NCBI GenBank assembly: GCA_964057225.1
Contig: OZ059897.1
Span: 11,284,001-11,348,000 of the forward strand
Length of the DNA stretch: 64,000 bases
Origin: Auanema rhodensis
Lineage: Eukaryota; Animalia; Nematoda
Reading direction: 5' to 3'
Shown here: positions 22,801 through 34,300 of the stretch, in pieces
Layout of the letters: each line of letters starts with the position of its first letter
Numbering within the stretch: position 1 is the stretch's first letter
Position numbers and translations under genes: made by a program
The notes under the pieces: generated by a model
What the model saw: the letters and a program-made list of their open reading frames with translations, nothing else
Told to the model about the DNA's origin: nothing
Databases searched by the model: none

Positions 22801-23439
22801 TTCCATTGAATTACCCATAACAAGTACGGTGAACAAATTTATCTACATGCAAAAATTTTATTGATCTTTAAAAATACAAATAAAATAGTACAAACACAAT
22901 ACAATAAAAAATAAACAAAATAAGTAAACAAACATAATTAATAAATATAATAACTGAATAAAGAAATAAAATTTTAAAACAAATTAATATATTTAAAATT
23001 TAAATATAATTTATATATAAAATTTAAAGTTTAAATATAATTTATATATATAAAATTTAAATATATTTTAAATATTTAAAGTTTAAATATAATTTATATA
23101 TATATAAAATTTAAATATAATTTAAATATTTAAAATTAAGTTTTTTATTTTTACTTAATATATTTAAAAATAATTAAAAATATATACATACATTTGAAAA
23201 AGCATATTTAAATTTGATTTAAAAAAAAAATCATGCTTTAAATCATGACTTTTATATTTAAAAAAGGAAAATCCATGAACCATGATCCCAAAATATGATT
23301 TTAACAGCTGACGCTCAAAAATATGTTTTTGACAGCTGACGCGCCCCAAAAGTATGTTTTTAGCAGCTGACGCCCCCAAAAGTATGTTTTTGACAGCTGT
23401 TTGGGGGCGTGGTTAGTAAATTTTGCACGGCTCTCTACT
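19804..23439 (+). mobile_element. Maverick A-type right end (polB 5' part on minus strand, ATG 22258, plus TIR)
   Basis: Direct repeat of ~5328-8959 at offset ~14480; ends CTCTCTACT at 23439. Confidence 0.92.
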
Positions 23440-26400
23440 CACCAACGTGGTCGTTAGATCGCTCACGTTCCCACATTTGGAAGCCATTAATGAGCCAATG
23501 CATGTTGTCATGCCGCGGCTATTTAATCAGTTTCTTGATCGGTGCCTTGCTGAAAGTGGTGTGCCAGATAAACAAAAAGTGCTATTTTGTTTATCAATAG
23601 AGCACCCATCCTTTGAAAAGGGATCCATATTTATGGATTTCCGTAGAAGGGAGCATTTGGATAGCGTTGCCATCATGAATGCCATCAGCAAGGTGCAGCA
23701 ATCAAAGCGAGAGGCTGTAATTAGCCAGGCAATGAATATTGAAATGTATGTGTTTGATGAGAGACCAGTGCAGCCAAGCCTGATGCCTGGTGAAGGTAGA
23801 GTTGGTTTCTATTTTGATGCCGAACTCAAAATACCTGGCACAATTGAGAACACTGACACTCATTGCCTGGCTAGAGCAGCAGTTGTGGGAATGTGGAAAG
23901 CCGATGAAGAGGCAGCAGAAGATGTTGTTGAAAAGCGGAGGATACAAAATCTTCGTCGCAACTACATCTTGTTGCCAAATCAACCACATCATATCAATTT
24001 ATTAAATAGGTGTGGTATTTCTGTACATTTGCCAAATTATAATTTAAACCATTTAAATATTATTGCAAGTTGTAGTACAGACTATAAGTTTGTAGTATAC
24101 GCTAGGCCACCTGGACAGCGTATGTACGCTATTCAGCGTATCTTTAATGAAACGGCTAGCAAAGTGGTAACACTAGGCTACCGAAATAATCATTATGACT
24201 GTATTACTACTTGTAGTAGATCACAGCTTTTTGATGGTATTATATGCCAACACTGTAAATTATCTTACAAAACAGTGTTGCATAGATGTAAAGCCAAGTG
24301 TAAGAAATGCCACACCTTAAATTGTAATTCGATGGAAAATGTGGTTGAAAGTAGCATAAGATGTGATAGTTGTAGAGTTTTGTTTAAAACTCGTCAATGC
24401 TTCGACAGGCATATTAGAAAAACATGTCGAATGTTTAAGGTAATTTAAAAAATATATATAAAATTTTACAAGACTAAATTCAGACATGTGAAAACTGTGA
24501 TCATTATCACAGGGTGCGTGCAGATAGACCGCACAATTGCAATGAGAAATTTTGCAAAAAGTGTGGTCAGACAAAGCCTGAAGATCATTCTTGTTGTTGG
24601 GTACCACCTAACGACAAGAAGAAGGATCAGTTAAAAAAGAGGCAAGAAAAATACAAGGTTTGTATTTTACATCTTTACAAATGTAATGCTTACTTGTTTA
24701 AGATTATATTCTATGACTTTGAAACGGTTGTGTTAAAAAACGGTACAAATGTTCATGAATATGCAGATGAACAATGGCCCAATATGGTTGTGTATAATAA
24801 ATTTTGTGAAAGTTGTATAGATGCCAACTCATGTGAAAAATGCACAACCAAGGAGGGCCATTTTGAGTACCAACAAGGTGATAGTGAATGGTCTGTAACA
24901 GATCGTTTCCTTGATTGGTTACTCAACTCTGTTGAGAATGATAATGCAATTTTGATTGCGCATAATGGTTCACGCTTTGACATACATTTCTTGGTGTCTA
25001 GGCTGATAAACCGTGATATATATCCTGATCCAATTTTAAATGGGACCAAGATTATAAGCATGGTTGTCAAGCCTTTAAGAGGTCAAAAATTTAATAATTT
25101 ATATTTTAAAGATAGTTATTTATTAGTGCCTTTACCCCTATCAGCGTTACCCAAGGCATTTGGTGTACCTGATATGAGTAAAGGACAGTTTCCTTACCTC
25201 TTTAACCATCCAATAAATTATGGCAAAGTGTTGCCATCTTTACCACCAAAACAGTACTATTGTACTGCTAGAATGAAAGCAGAAGACCTAGCTTCATTCA
25301 ATATTTGGTATGAAGAGCGTAATCAAAGAGCGTTTGATTTTGATGAAGAGCTTTTGGAATATTGTAGGACAGATGTCCGTATTTTAACCAACTGTATGAA
25401 AGTTTACATGAAGTTGGCAACCGCCACCACTGGCTGGAACCCTGTCATACAATGTATGACATTTGCCAGTTTCTCTTTATTCCAGGCAAGTTTTTTAAAA
25501 TACAAGCATTTTCAAAACTAGTATATTACAGTTGAAAATGAATCATATTAAAGAGAACCAAGTGGGTATTCTGCCCGAGACTGGTTATTATGCCGGTCAA
25601 AAGCAGAGTATAATAGCCATAAAGTATATAAAATGGCTAGAACAAGGATTGGGCCGCCCATTAATGCATAAGCTTAATGGTGGCGAATTTGCAGTGAGAG
25701 TAGATGGCCATCGCTATCTACTCGATGCTTATGACCCCGTAGGTGAGTAATTTGTAATAAATGTAAAAAATGCAAATTTTTGTAGATTAATGGTTGCATT
25801 TACCATGGTTGCCCCCAGTGCACCAACAAGAGCGCTATAGCACCAGGCAGAAATGGTGAAACAATGGAAGAGGTAATTGTGACTTTTTTAATCATTTTAA
25901 TTTTTTAAATTTACGTTTATGATAAAACCATGAAAAGGCTTGAAGCAATTCAAAGCCAAGGCATTAGTGTTACCACAGTGTGGGAGCACGAAATTAATGC
26001 GTGAAACAAATGTTGTTACACGCTTGGCACCTAGAGATGCCTTTACCGGTGGCCGCACCCAGACATATAAGCTTTTGGCACAAGCTTCGGATAGATACTC
26101 GCTCGAGTATGTGGACTTTTGTTCACTATATCCATATGTCACAGCCTTTGATGCCTATTACCCTGTAGGTAATCCCAAAGTTATTACTGAGGGTTTCAAA
26201 AGCTTTGAGACATGTTGCCCATACAAGGGGCTAGTAAAATGTGACGTGCTTGCACCCACAAATTTACTGTACCCTGTATTAGGCACACGTATTGGCGGTA
26301 AACTTATTTTTACAAACTGCCGCACTTGTGCAGTCAAAAGTAAAAATGTAACATGTGAGCACCAGAATGATGTAAATGCTAGAAAGCTGCATCTAACTGT

Positions 26401-27268
26401 GACACATGTTGAGCTCGAGTGTGCCATACAACGTGGCTATAAAGTGCTTAATGTGCATGAGGTGTGGCACTGGGAAGAATGGCAACAAGGCGGCCTGTTT
26501 AAAGAATTTGTACAAAAGTACATAAAATTTAAACAAGAGGCGTCGGGCTGGCCAAAGCCAAACATGACAGAGGAAGAAAAGGTATGTTTTAACAAAAGTA
26601 TCACATTAAATAGAATTTTACAGGTGATATATCTCCAAGAGCACGAGGAGAACACTGGTGTTGCTCTGGAGAGCAATAAAATTGAAAAGAATGCTGCCAT
26701 GCGTAGCATTGCCAAACTGCAGCTAAATAGGTTTGTAAACTTTTTAAAAACAATACATTACAAATTTGCTTATAGTGTCTGGGGTAAAATGAATCAAAGA
26801 CCTGATGAAGCCCAAACCAAGATTATTGGTGTTGAGGACCCGGAAATTGGTAGGATCATTACTGATCCTGCAAGGGAACTCACTGGGTTCAAAATTGTGG
26901 ATAATGTTGCGTACTGCACAACAGTACCAGAGGATTCACATTTGGCACCACCGCCTTTTACAAATGTAGCCATAGCGGCTTATACAGGGAGTGGTAAGTA
27001 CGAGCTTTGACTTTTCAAATAATTTTATAATTTTCAGACGTTGGACCACACGGCAGCATCAGTGGTAAACTTTGAAAGTATGGAGCGACTGGTTCGCGGA
27101 CTCGTTATGGATGGAGAGAAATTGGTTTTAAAAACCAATACAACCTTGTTAAAGAGGCAACTCGGTGCCATATCCACAATGGATATGACAAAAAGTACTA
27201 GAGTCGTAATGGATAAACTTTGTTATCTACAAGATTATAGTACTTTACCCTACGGTTATTGTGAATAA
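23440..27268 (+). pseudogene. pPolB copy B: 5' end displaced by the A insertion; 17-, 38- and ~308-bp deletions, the last removing YTDTDS
   Basis: Comparison with copies A and C; keeps the C-terminal exon ...TLPYGYCE that is partly deleted in A. Confidence 0.88.
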
Positions 27269-27406
27269 GTTTTAATATATTTGAATTTATAAATTTTATT
27301 ATTGCGTGTATATTTGTATATGGTTGTATTTATAGATTTTTATGTATAGTTGTATTAATAAATTTTATTCTTCTCATCAAATATTTTAAAGAATTTATTA
27401 CATACA

Positions 27407-28741
27407 TTACAAACTGGTATCAATATATGGAGCACGATTGTTGTCAATTGAAAGAATAGAGTCATACTCTGCATAAACAATAGCATATAAACCCTCTTGC
27501 GGCGTTTGTTGACCAAATTCCAGTTTCAAGGCTACATTACCTTGTCGTATAACATCAAATAACTCTGACGAATGCACAGTGGGAGAAATATCAAATACAA
27601 AAAATGTGAAACCAGCTTTATACATTGATGGTGTAATACCATTGGATGAATCTGTACGACCAAGTCCCGAACCTTCGAGCATGTCAATATATGCTGTGGC
27701 ATAGGAAGATCGCCATTCTAAATTATAAGGACGGGTAGGTATTACCCTATTGTTGAGCGTCAAGTATATATTTTTCAAATCAAACGGTTTAAAGTTGAAT
27801 GGCGAATGTTTAAAAGTACCATTATAGGCGTGTGCGCCAACAAGACCTACTACAACACGTTTCGGTGTATGAGACGTGAATAATATATTATTAGGTGAAT
27901 CCAAGCGGCCTCCTTCTATGAAATAAGAGCGCATTTTCACTGATGTCATGGGGTAGTGTATTCGATCCTTTGCGAGTTTATCTTCTATAGCCATAGCTAA
28001 TCCAGCGTTTAGATCAAACTCTTGAATAAGCAAATGTACATCGCTGATATCTACTTTCAAATTTGGAAACTCCTCCTTTAATGTAGTATCCTTGTTTTCA
28101 TTATTCCAGCCTAGAGTGTCAATTAAAAAGTTATCACGGTTTGGATATGCAGTTAGCTCAATTTTTGAATAGTTTACAAACAGTCGCTCTTGATTAAATA
28201 GGTCGATACTGACGGGAGCAGCCATCTCACACAATATGCCATTTTTTACAAGCGCTTGACGCGTTCTAAATCCAGCACTGGATGCATTATCTATATATCT
28301 ATCAGCATAATATCCTGATATGGCAAGTTTGCTCTCTTTAACATCGTTGCTATACATTAAAATATTCTCGATATATGTTTTATAGGCATGATTCACGGTA
28401 GAGTCATACACGCTAACATCACCAATTTTCAAATGATACGAATGTATTAAACTGGCAGCAAATTGTTGACATGGTGCAAAAACAAGGTTATCTGGTACTG
28501 GATCACCGTTTGTGGTTACAATTTTAAATTTTACATTCAACCAACATCTTCTCAGATTGAGGAATGATTTGGAATTTTGAGCTATAACAAATTCCCATGG
28601 TCCTTGAGGAAGAAACGTATTTTTCAAAGGGACTTGTACAGTACGAGTGGATTCAACACCTAATGCCGACACAGGTATTTCACCATAGTTGATATTAGGT
28701 AAAAGGGCTTGTGCTGATTTTGAATCTATCAATTTAGCCAT
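27407..28741 (-). CDS. Major capsid protein (444 aa, intact)
   Basis: Near-identical to 1211-2536, with TSV that A lacks. Confidence 0.88.
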   Translation of the reverse strand: MAKLIDSKSAQALLPNINYGEIPVSALGVESTRTVQVPLKNTFLPQGPWEFVIAQNSKSFLNLRRCWLNVKFKIVTTNGDPVPDNLVFAPCQQFAASLIHSYHLKIGDVSVYDSTVNHAYKTYIENILMYSNDVKESKLAISGYYADRYIDNASSAGFRTRQALVKNGILCEMAAPVSIDLFNQERLFVNYSKIELTAYPNRDNFLIDTLGWNNENKDTTLKEEFPNLKVDISDVHLLIQEFDLNAGLAMAIEDKLAKDRIHYPMTSVKMRSYFIEGGRLDSPNNILFTSHTPKRVVVGLVGAHAYNGTFKHSPFNFKPFDLKNIYLTLNNRVIPTRPYNLEWRSSYATAYIDMLEGSGLGRTDSSNGITPSMYKAGFTFFVFDISPTVHSSELFDVIRQGNVALKLEFGQQTPQEGLYAIVYAEYDSILSIDNNRAPYIDTSL

Positions 28742-29194
28742 TTAAATGTGAAACGACCGCTCACGAGTGATGCACAACCGCTTATGAGGTTTTGTGGTTT
28801 TGCGTCGTCGCCGTTTGCCCAAGCCGGTAAGATCTCGTATAGCTTGCCGGCCGGCTGTTTTAAGAGTTTCCTTGATATTATCGCCTTTCAGCACCCCATC
28901 GACAATTTCATTACCAGTTTTCAGCAACTGGCCGCCAAGAGGTGAATTTACAACTGGACTATTGCTTACAGCACTGGATAAGGCGTTTCTTCCGGCATTG
29001 ATGAGATTTTGGGCTATAGGTGATTGAATGATGCGTGGTAGAAATGATGCCAAAGTTGCCAAAATACCACTCAAACCATGACCCCTCTGCATTCCACGTT
29101 GAAACATCATTCCGCTAAATGGGGCGCCACCCATTTGTTGATTTAAAAGTGTTGTCCATTGAATAGAGTTGACATCCAGAAGGAGGTGCGGCAT
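28742..29194 (-). CDS. Putative core protein (separate ORF in this copy)
   Basis: Ends with TAA directly before the MCP ATG. Confidence 0.65.
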   Translation of the reverse strand: MPHLLLDVNSIQWTTLLNQQMGGAPFSGMMFQRGMQRGHGLSGILATLASFLPRIIQSPIAQNLINAGRNALSSAVSNSPVVNSPLGGQLLKTGNEIVDGVLKGDNIKETLKTAGRQAIRDLTGLGKRRRRKTTKPHKRLCITRERSFHI

Positions 29195-29244
29195 ATCGAA
29201 CCGCACGCGCGCAATACAAAAGTTACACTAGATCATTCTACAAA

Positions 29245-29700
29245 ATGTATTCGTCTGAATTAGTATCACTATTGCAATCTGTCCCCAGCACTCGGAAACT
29301 ATTCCTCGGTGTATATAGCGCTGATACTCTACCCAAAACGCGTCGTAAAAACTTTGCACTTGTCGTAAATACTGACACACATGATAAGCCAGGCACACAT
29401 TGGCAGGTCATCTTTGTCCGTAACAAGCAAGCCTATTTTTTCTGTAGCTTGGAATATAAAATGAACAAGTACATTCAAAATTATCTGGCCAAATATAAAA
29501 AGGTAAAAATTAATACTTGCAAACCACAACGTTTAATTGAATACACTTGTGGTGGCTATGTGGTATTTGTAATACTAATGTTGTCGGCTGGTAATTCATT
29601 TGAAAGCATTTGTTCATTTTTTAAACTATTGAAAAATGATGATGTCTTTATTAAAGCGTTTATGCATAAAGTATTCGACTATAAATTGGCTACTATATAA
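29245..29700 (+). CDS. Adenain-like protease
   Basis: GTHW / CGGY motifs. Confidence 0.9.
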   Translation: MYSSELVSLLQSVPSTRKLFLGVYSADTLPKTRRKNFALVVNTDTHDKPGTHWQVIFVRNKQAYFFCSLEYKMNKYIQNYLAKYKKVKINTCKPQRLIEYTCGGYVVFVILMLSAGNSFESICSFFKLLKNDDVFIKAFMHKVFDYKLATI

Positions 29701-29812
29701 GAAATTTGTCATTAATAACCTGCTACATTACGTGGTCAGTTATGAATATTCCTTGTCACTGTGAATTATGTGTCAAATACACGTTGGAGCAATCTAAACC
29801 AGCGCCTTTATA

Positions 29813-30143
29813 CACTGGTCTCTCATCAAACACATACATTTCAATATTCATTGCCTGGCTAATTACAGCCTCTCGCTTTGATTGCTGCACCTTGCTGATG
29901 GCATTCATGATGGCAACGCTATCCAAATGCTCCCTTCTACGGAAATCCATAAATATGGATCCCTTTTCAAAGGATGGGTGCTCTATTGATAAACAAAATA
30001 GCACTTTTTGTTTATCTGGCACACCACTTTCAGCAAGGCACCGATCAAGAAACTGATTAAATAGCCGCGGCATGACAACATGCATTGGCTCATTAATGGC
30101 TTCCAAATGTGGGAACGTGAGCGATCTAACGACCACGTTGGTG
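29813..30143 (-). pseudogene. Inverted B-type polB fragment
   Basis: Reverse complement of 23440-23770, sharing the HLDSV allele. Confidence 0.88.
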
Positions 30144-31325
30144 AGTAGAGAGCCGTGCAAAATTTACTAACCACGCCCCCAAACAGCTGTCAAAAACATA
30201 CTTTTGGGGGCGTCAGCTGCTAAAAACATACTTTTGGGGCGCGTCAGCTGTCAAAAACATATTTTTGAGCGTCAGCTGTTAAAATCATATTTTGGGATCA
30301 TGGTTCATGGATTTTCCTTTTTTAAATATAAAAGTCATGATTTAAAGCATGATTTTTTTTTTTAAATCAAATTTAAATATGCTTTTTCAAATGTATGTAT
30401 ATATTTTTAATTATTTTTAAATATATTAAGTAAAAATAAAAAACTTAATTTTAAATATTTAAATTATATTTAAATTTTATATATATATAAATTATATTTA
30501 AACTTTAAATATTTAAAATATATTTAAATTTTATATATATAAATTATATTTAAACTTTAAATTTTATATATAAATTATATTTAAATTTTAAATATATTAA
30601 TTTGTTTTAAAATTTTATTTCTTTATTCAGTTATTATATTTATTAATTATGTTTGTTTACTTATTTTGTTTATTTTTTATTGTATTGTGTTTGTACTATT
30701 TTATTTGTATTTTTAAAGATCAATAAAATTTTTGCATGTAGATAAATTTGTTCACCGTACTTGTTATGGGTAATTCAATGGAACACATATCGAAGGTTAA
30801 TTCGATCAGAACGATATGAAATACCAAAATTCAATGGAACACATATCGAAGGTTAATTCGATAAGAACGATATGAAATACCAAAATTTAATGGAACACAT
30901 ATCGAAAGTTAATTCGATAAGAACGACATTAAATTATTATTAATTTTTGAAATTACAAATTGTTATTAATTATATTTATTCTAACAAGTAAAGGTTTCAA
31001 ATTATAATAAAAGATTAGTTTTTAACTTTATTTTACTAATATAACAATACAATAACTAAATAGAGCACACATTGAAGGTAAATACAATAAGATTAACAAA
31101 CAGTTGCGCTGACCTCAATGAAACGCATAAAGTTAATTTAATAAGAACTAATAACAAAAATTAATCCGACGGGGACAATAAAAACAGATGTATTCAATAA
31201 GCTTATTTATTTTAAAGTTTATCGCAACTACTAGTTTTGACAGCTGTACCCAAATCCATGTTACATAACAAATTACAATGCCAACAGCAATGTGTAGACT
31301 GATATATTCATTATATCAAGGTACA

Positions 31326-34300
31326 ATGGCTGCTAATAGGTTGTGTCTTTTTGATTATTTGTTTGTAAACTTTTTCTTTTTTCAGTTATAAACGTTTATG
31401 TGAAGAGCTAGGATTTGATTATGAAGAGATTAATCAGCTCAGGTAATTTAACACAATTTTGAATCTTTATATATATTTTGTTTTTTAGTAAACGTATAAA
31501 GTTTACCGAGGCTGGTGGGATCGAGCTCTGTGAGCCCACATCACCCACTTTTAACAGTGGGCCCTCATCATCAAGGGTTATTGAAGTAATAACCTTGGAT
31601 GACAGTGATGAGTAAGCGATATTAAAAATTATAACAATTAGTTTTTTCTTTTTAAGAGAATGGGATCCCGCTACCCCATCAACCAGTGGAGGGCAAGTCG
31701 GATATGGAGCGGCTTTCAACGATGTCTGTAAAATAGAGGTGCGATCTTTTATTTACATATCATTTCATAATATATCTTTTGAAACATGAAATTTTCTCTT
31801 GCTCCAGTTGCATATTTTGAAAACATTTTGAAATTTATTTCTCTTTTTCAATTGCATTCATAAAATTCTCTCTCTCTCATCTTTACATTTCATCTCAATC
31901 TATATCTTTTATCAAATAAATTGCAAGTATTTTGAAATTTACATATTCATTCTTTTGAACAGCATTCATTTTAAAATCTTTACATTTCATCTCACTATCT
32001 ATCTATCTTTCCTCATCTATCTTTCTTTCAACCGATTTTGAATTCTTACAAATTATAAATATTTCAAACATTTTGAACTAGTAAAATAATAAAACACAAT
32101 CTTGACCTTTTCATTTATTTTTAAACATTAACAAATGTTTATAAAAGTTTTTTCAAAGTTGAAAAAAAAAACTTTATATTTAAAAATCAAATGCCATTTA
32201 TTTTTAAACATTAATAAAAATAATTTAAAGAAAAGTAAATTTATTAAAAGTTATAAACAAAAATTATTTATATTTAAATTAAAAGCGTATAACCATTATA
32301 AAAAGTGTGTATTATAGTGGTCACACCGACGCATAAAACGAACTGGTCGGTTCACCAACGTGGTCGTTAGATCGCTCACGTTCCCACATTTGGAAGCCAT
32401 TAATGAGCCAATGCATGTTGTCATGCCGCGGCTATTTAATGAGTTTCTTGATCGGTGCCTTGCTGAAAGTGGTGTGCCAGATAAACAAAAAGCACTGTTT
32501 TGTTTATCAATAGAGCACCCATCCTTTGAAAAGGGATCCATATTTATGGATTTCCGTAGAAGGGAGCATTTGGATGGCGTTGCCATCATGAATGCCATCA
32601 GCAAGGTGCAGCAATCAAAGCGAGAGGCTGTAATTAGCCAGGCAATGAATATTGAAATGTATGTGTTTGATGAAAGACCGGTGCAGCCAAGCCTGATGCC
32701 TGGTGAAGGTAGAGTTGGTTTCTATTTTGATGCCGAACTCAAAATACCTGACACAATTGAGAACACTGATACACATTGCCTGGCTAGAGCAGCAGTTGTG
32801 GGAATGTGGAAAGCCGATGAAGAGGCAGCAGAAGATGTTGTTGAAAAGCGGAGGATACAAAATCTTCGTCGGAACTACATCTTGTTGCCAAATCAACCAC
32901 ATCATATCAATTTATTAAATAGGTGTGGTATTTCTGTACATTTACCAAATTATAATTTGAATCATTTAAATATTATTGCAAGTTGTAATACAGACTATAA
33001 GTTTGTATTATACGGTAGGCCACCTGGACAGCGTATGTACGCTATTCAGCGTATCTTTAATGAAACGGCTAGCAAAGTGGTAACACTAGGCTACCGAAAT
33101 AATCATTATGACTGTATTACAACTTGTAGTAGATCACAGCTTTTTGATGGTATTATATGCCAACACTGTAAATTATCTTACAAAACAGTGTTGCATAGAT
33201 GTAAAGCCAAGTGTAAGAAATGCCACACCTTAAAATGTAATTCGATGGAAAATGTGGTTGAAAGTAGCATAAGATGTGATAGTTGTAGAGTTTTGTTTAA
33301 AACTCGTCAATGCTTTGACAGGCATATTAGAAAAACATGTCGAATGTTTAAGGTAATTTAAAAAATATATATAAAATTTAACAAGACTAAATTCAGACAT
33401 GTGAAAACTGTGATCATTATCACAGAGTACGTGCTGATAGACCGCACAATTGCAATGAGAAATTTTGCAAAAAGTGTGGCCAGACAAAGCCTGAAGATCA
33501 TTCTTGTTGTTGGGTACCACCTAACGACAAGAAGAAGGATTAAAAAAGAGGCAAGAGAAATACAAGGTTTGTATTTAACATCTTTACAAGTGTAATGCTT
33601 ACTTGTTTAAGATTATATTTTATGACTTTGAAACGGTTGTGTTAAAAAACGGTACAAATGTTCATGAATATGCAGATGAACAATGGCCCAATATGGTTGT
33701 GTATAACAAATTTTGTGAAAGTTGTATAGACGCCAATTCATGCGAAAAATGCACAACCAAGGAGGGCCATTTTGGGTACCAACAAGGTGATAGTGAATGG
33801 TCTGTAACAGATCGTTTCCTTGATTGGTTACTCAACTCTGTTGAGAATGATAATGCAATTTTGATTGCGCATAATGGTTCACGCTTTGACATACATTTCT
33901 TGGTGTCTAGGCTGATAAACCGTGGTATATATCCTGATCCAATTTTAAATGGGACCAAGATTATAAGCATGGTTGTCAAGCCTTTAAGAGGTCAAAAATT
34001 TAATCATTTATATTTTAAAGATAGTTATTTATTAGTGCCTTTACCCCTATCAGCGTTACCCAAGGCATTTGGTGTACCTGATATGAGTAAAGGACAGTTT
34101 CCTTACCTCTATAATCATCCAATAAATTATGGCAAAGTGTTGCCATCTTTACCACCAAAACAGTACTATTGTACTGCTAGAATGAAAGCAGAAGACCTAG
34201 CTTCATTCAATATTTGGTATGAAGAGCGTAATCAAAGAGCGTTTGATTTTGATGAAGAGCTTTTGGAATATTGTAGGACAGATGTCCGTATTTTAACCAA

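Larger units (their letters stand above)
23440..29814 (-). mobile_element. Maverick copy B internal segment
   Basis: polB(+), MCP(-), core(-), protease(+); allele set distinct from A. Confidence 0.92.
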
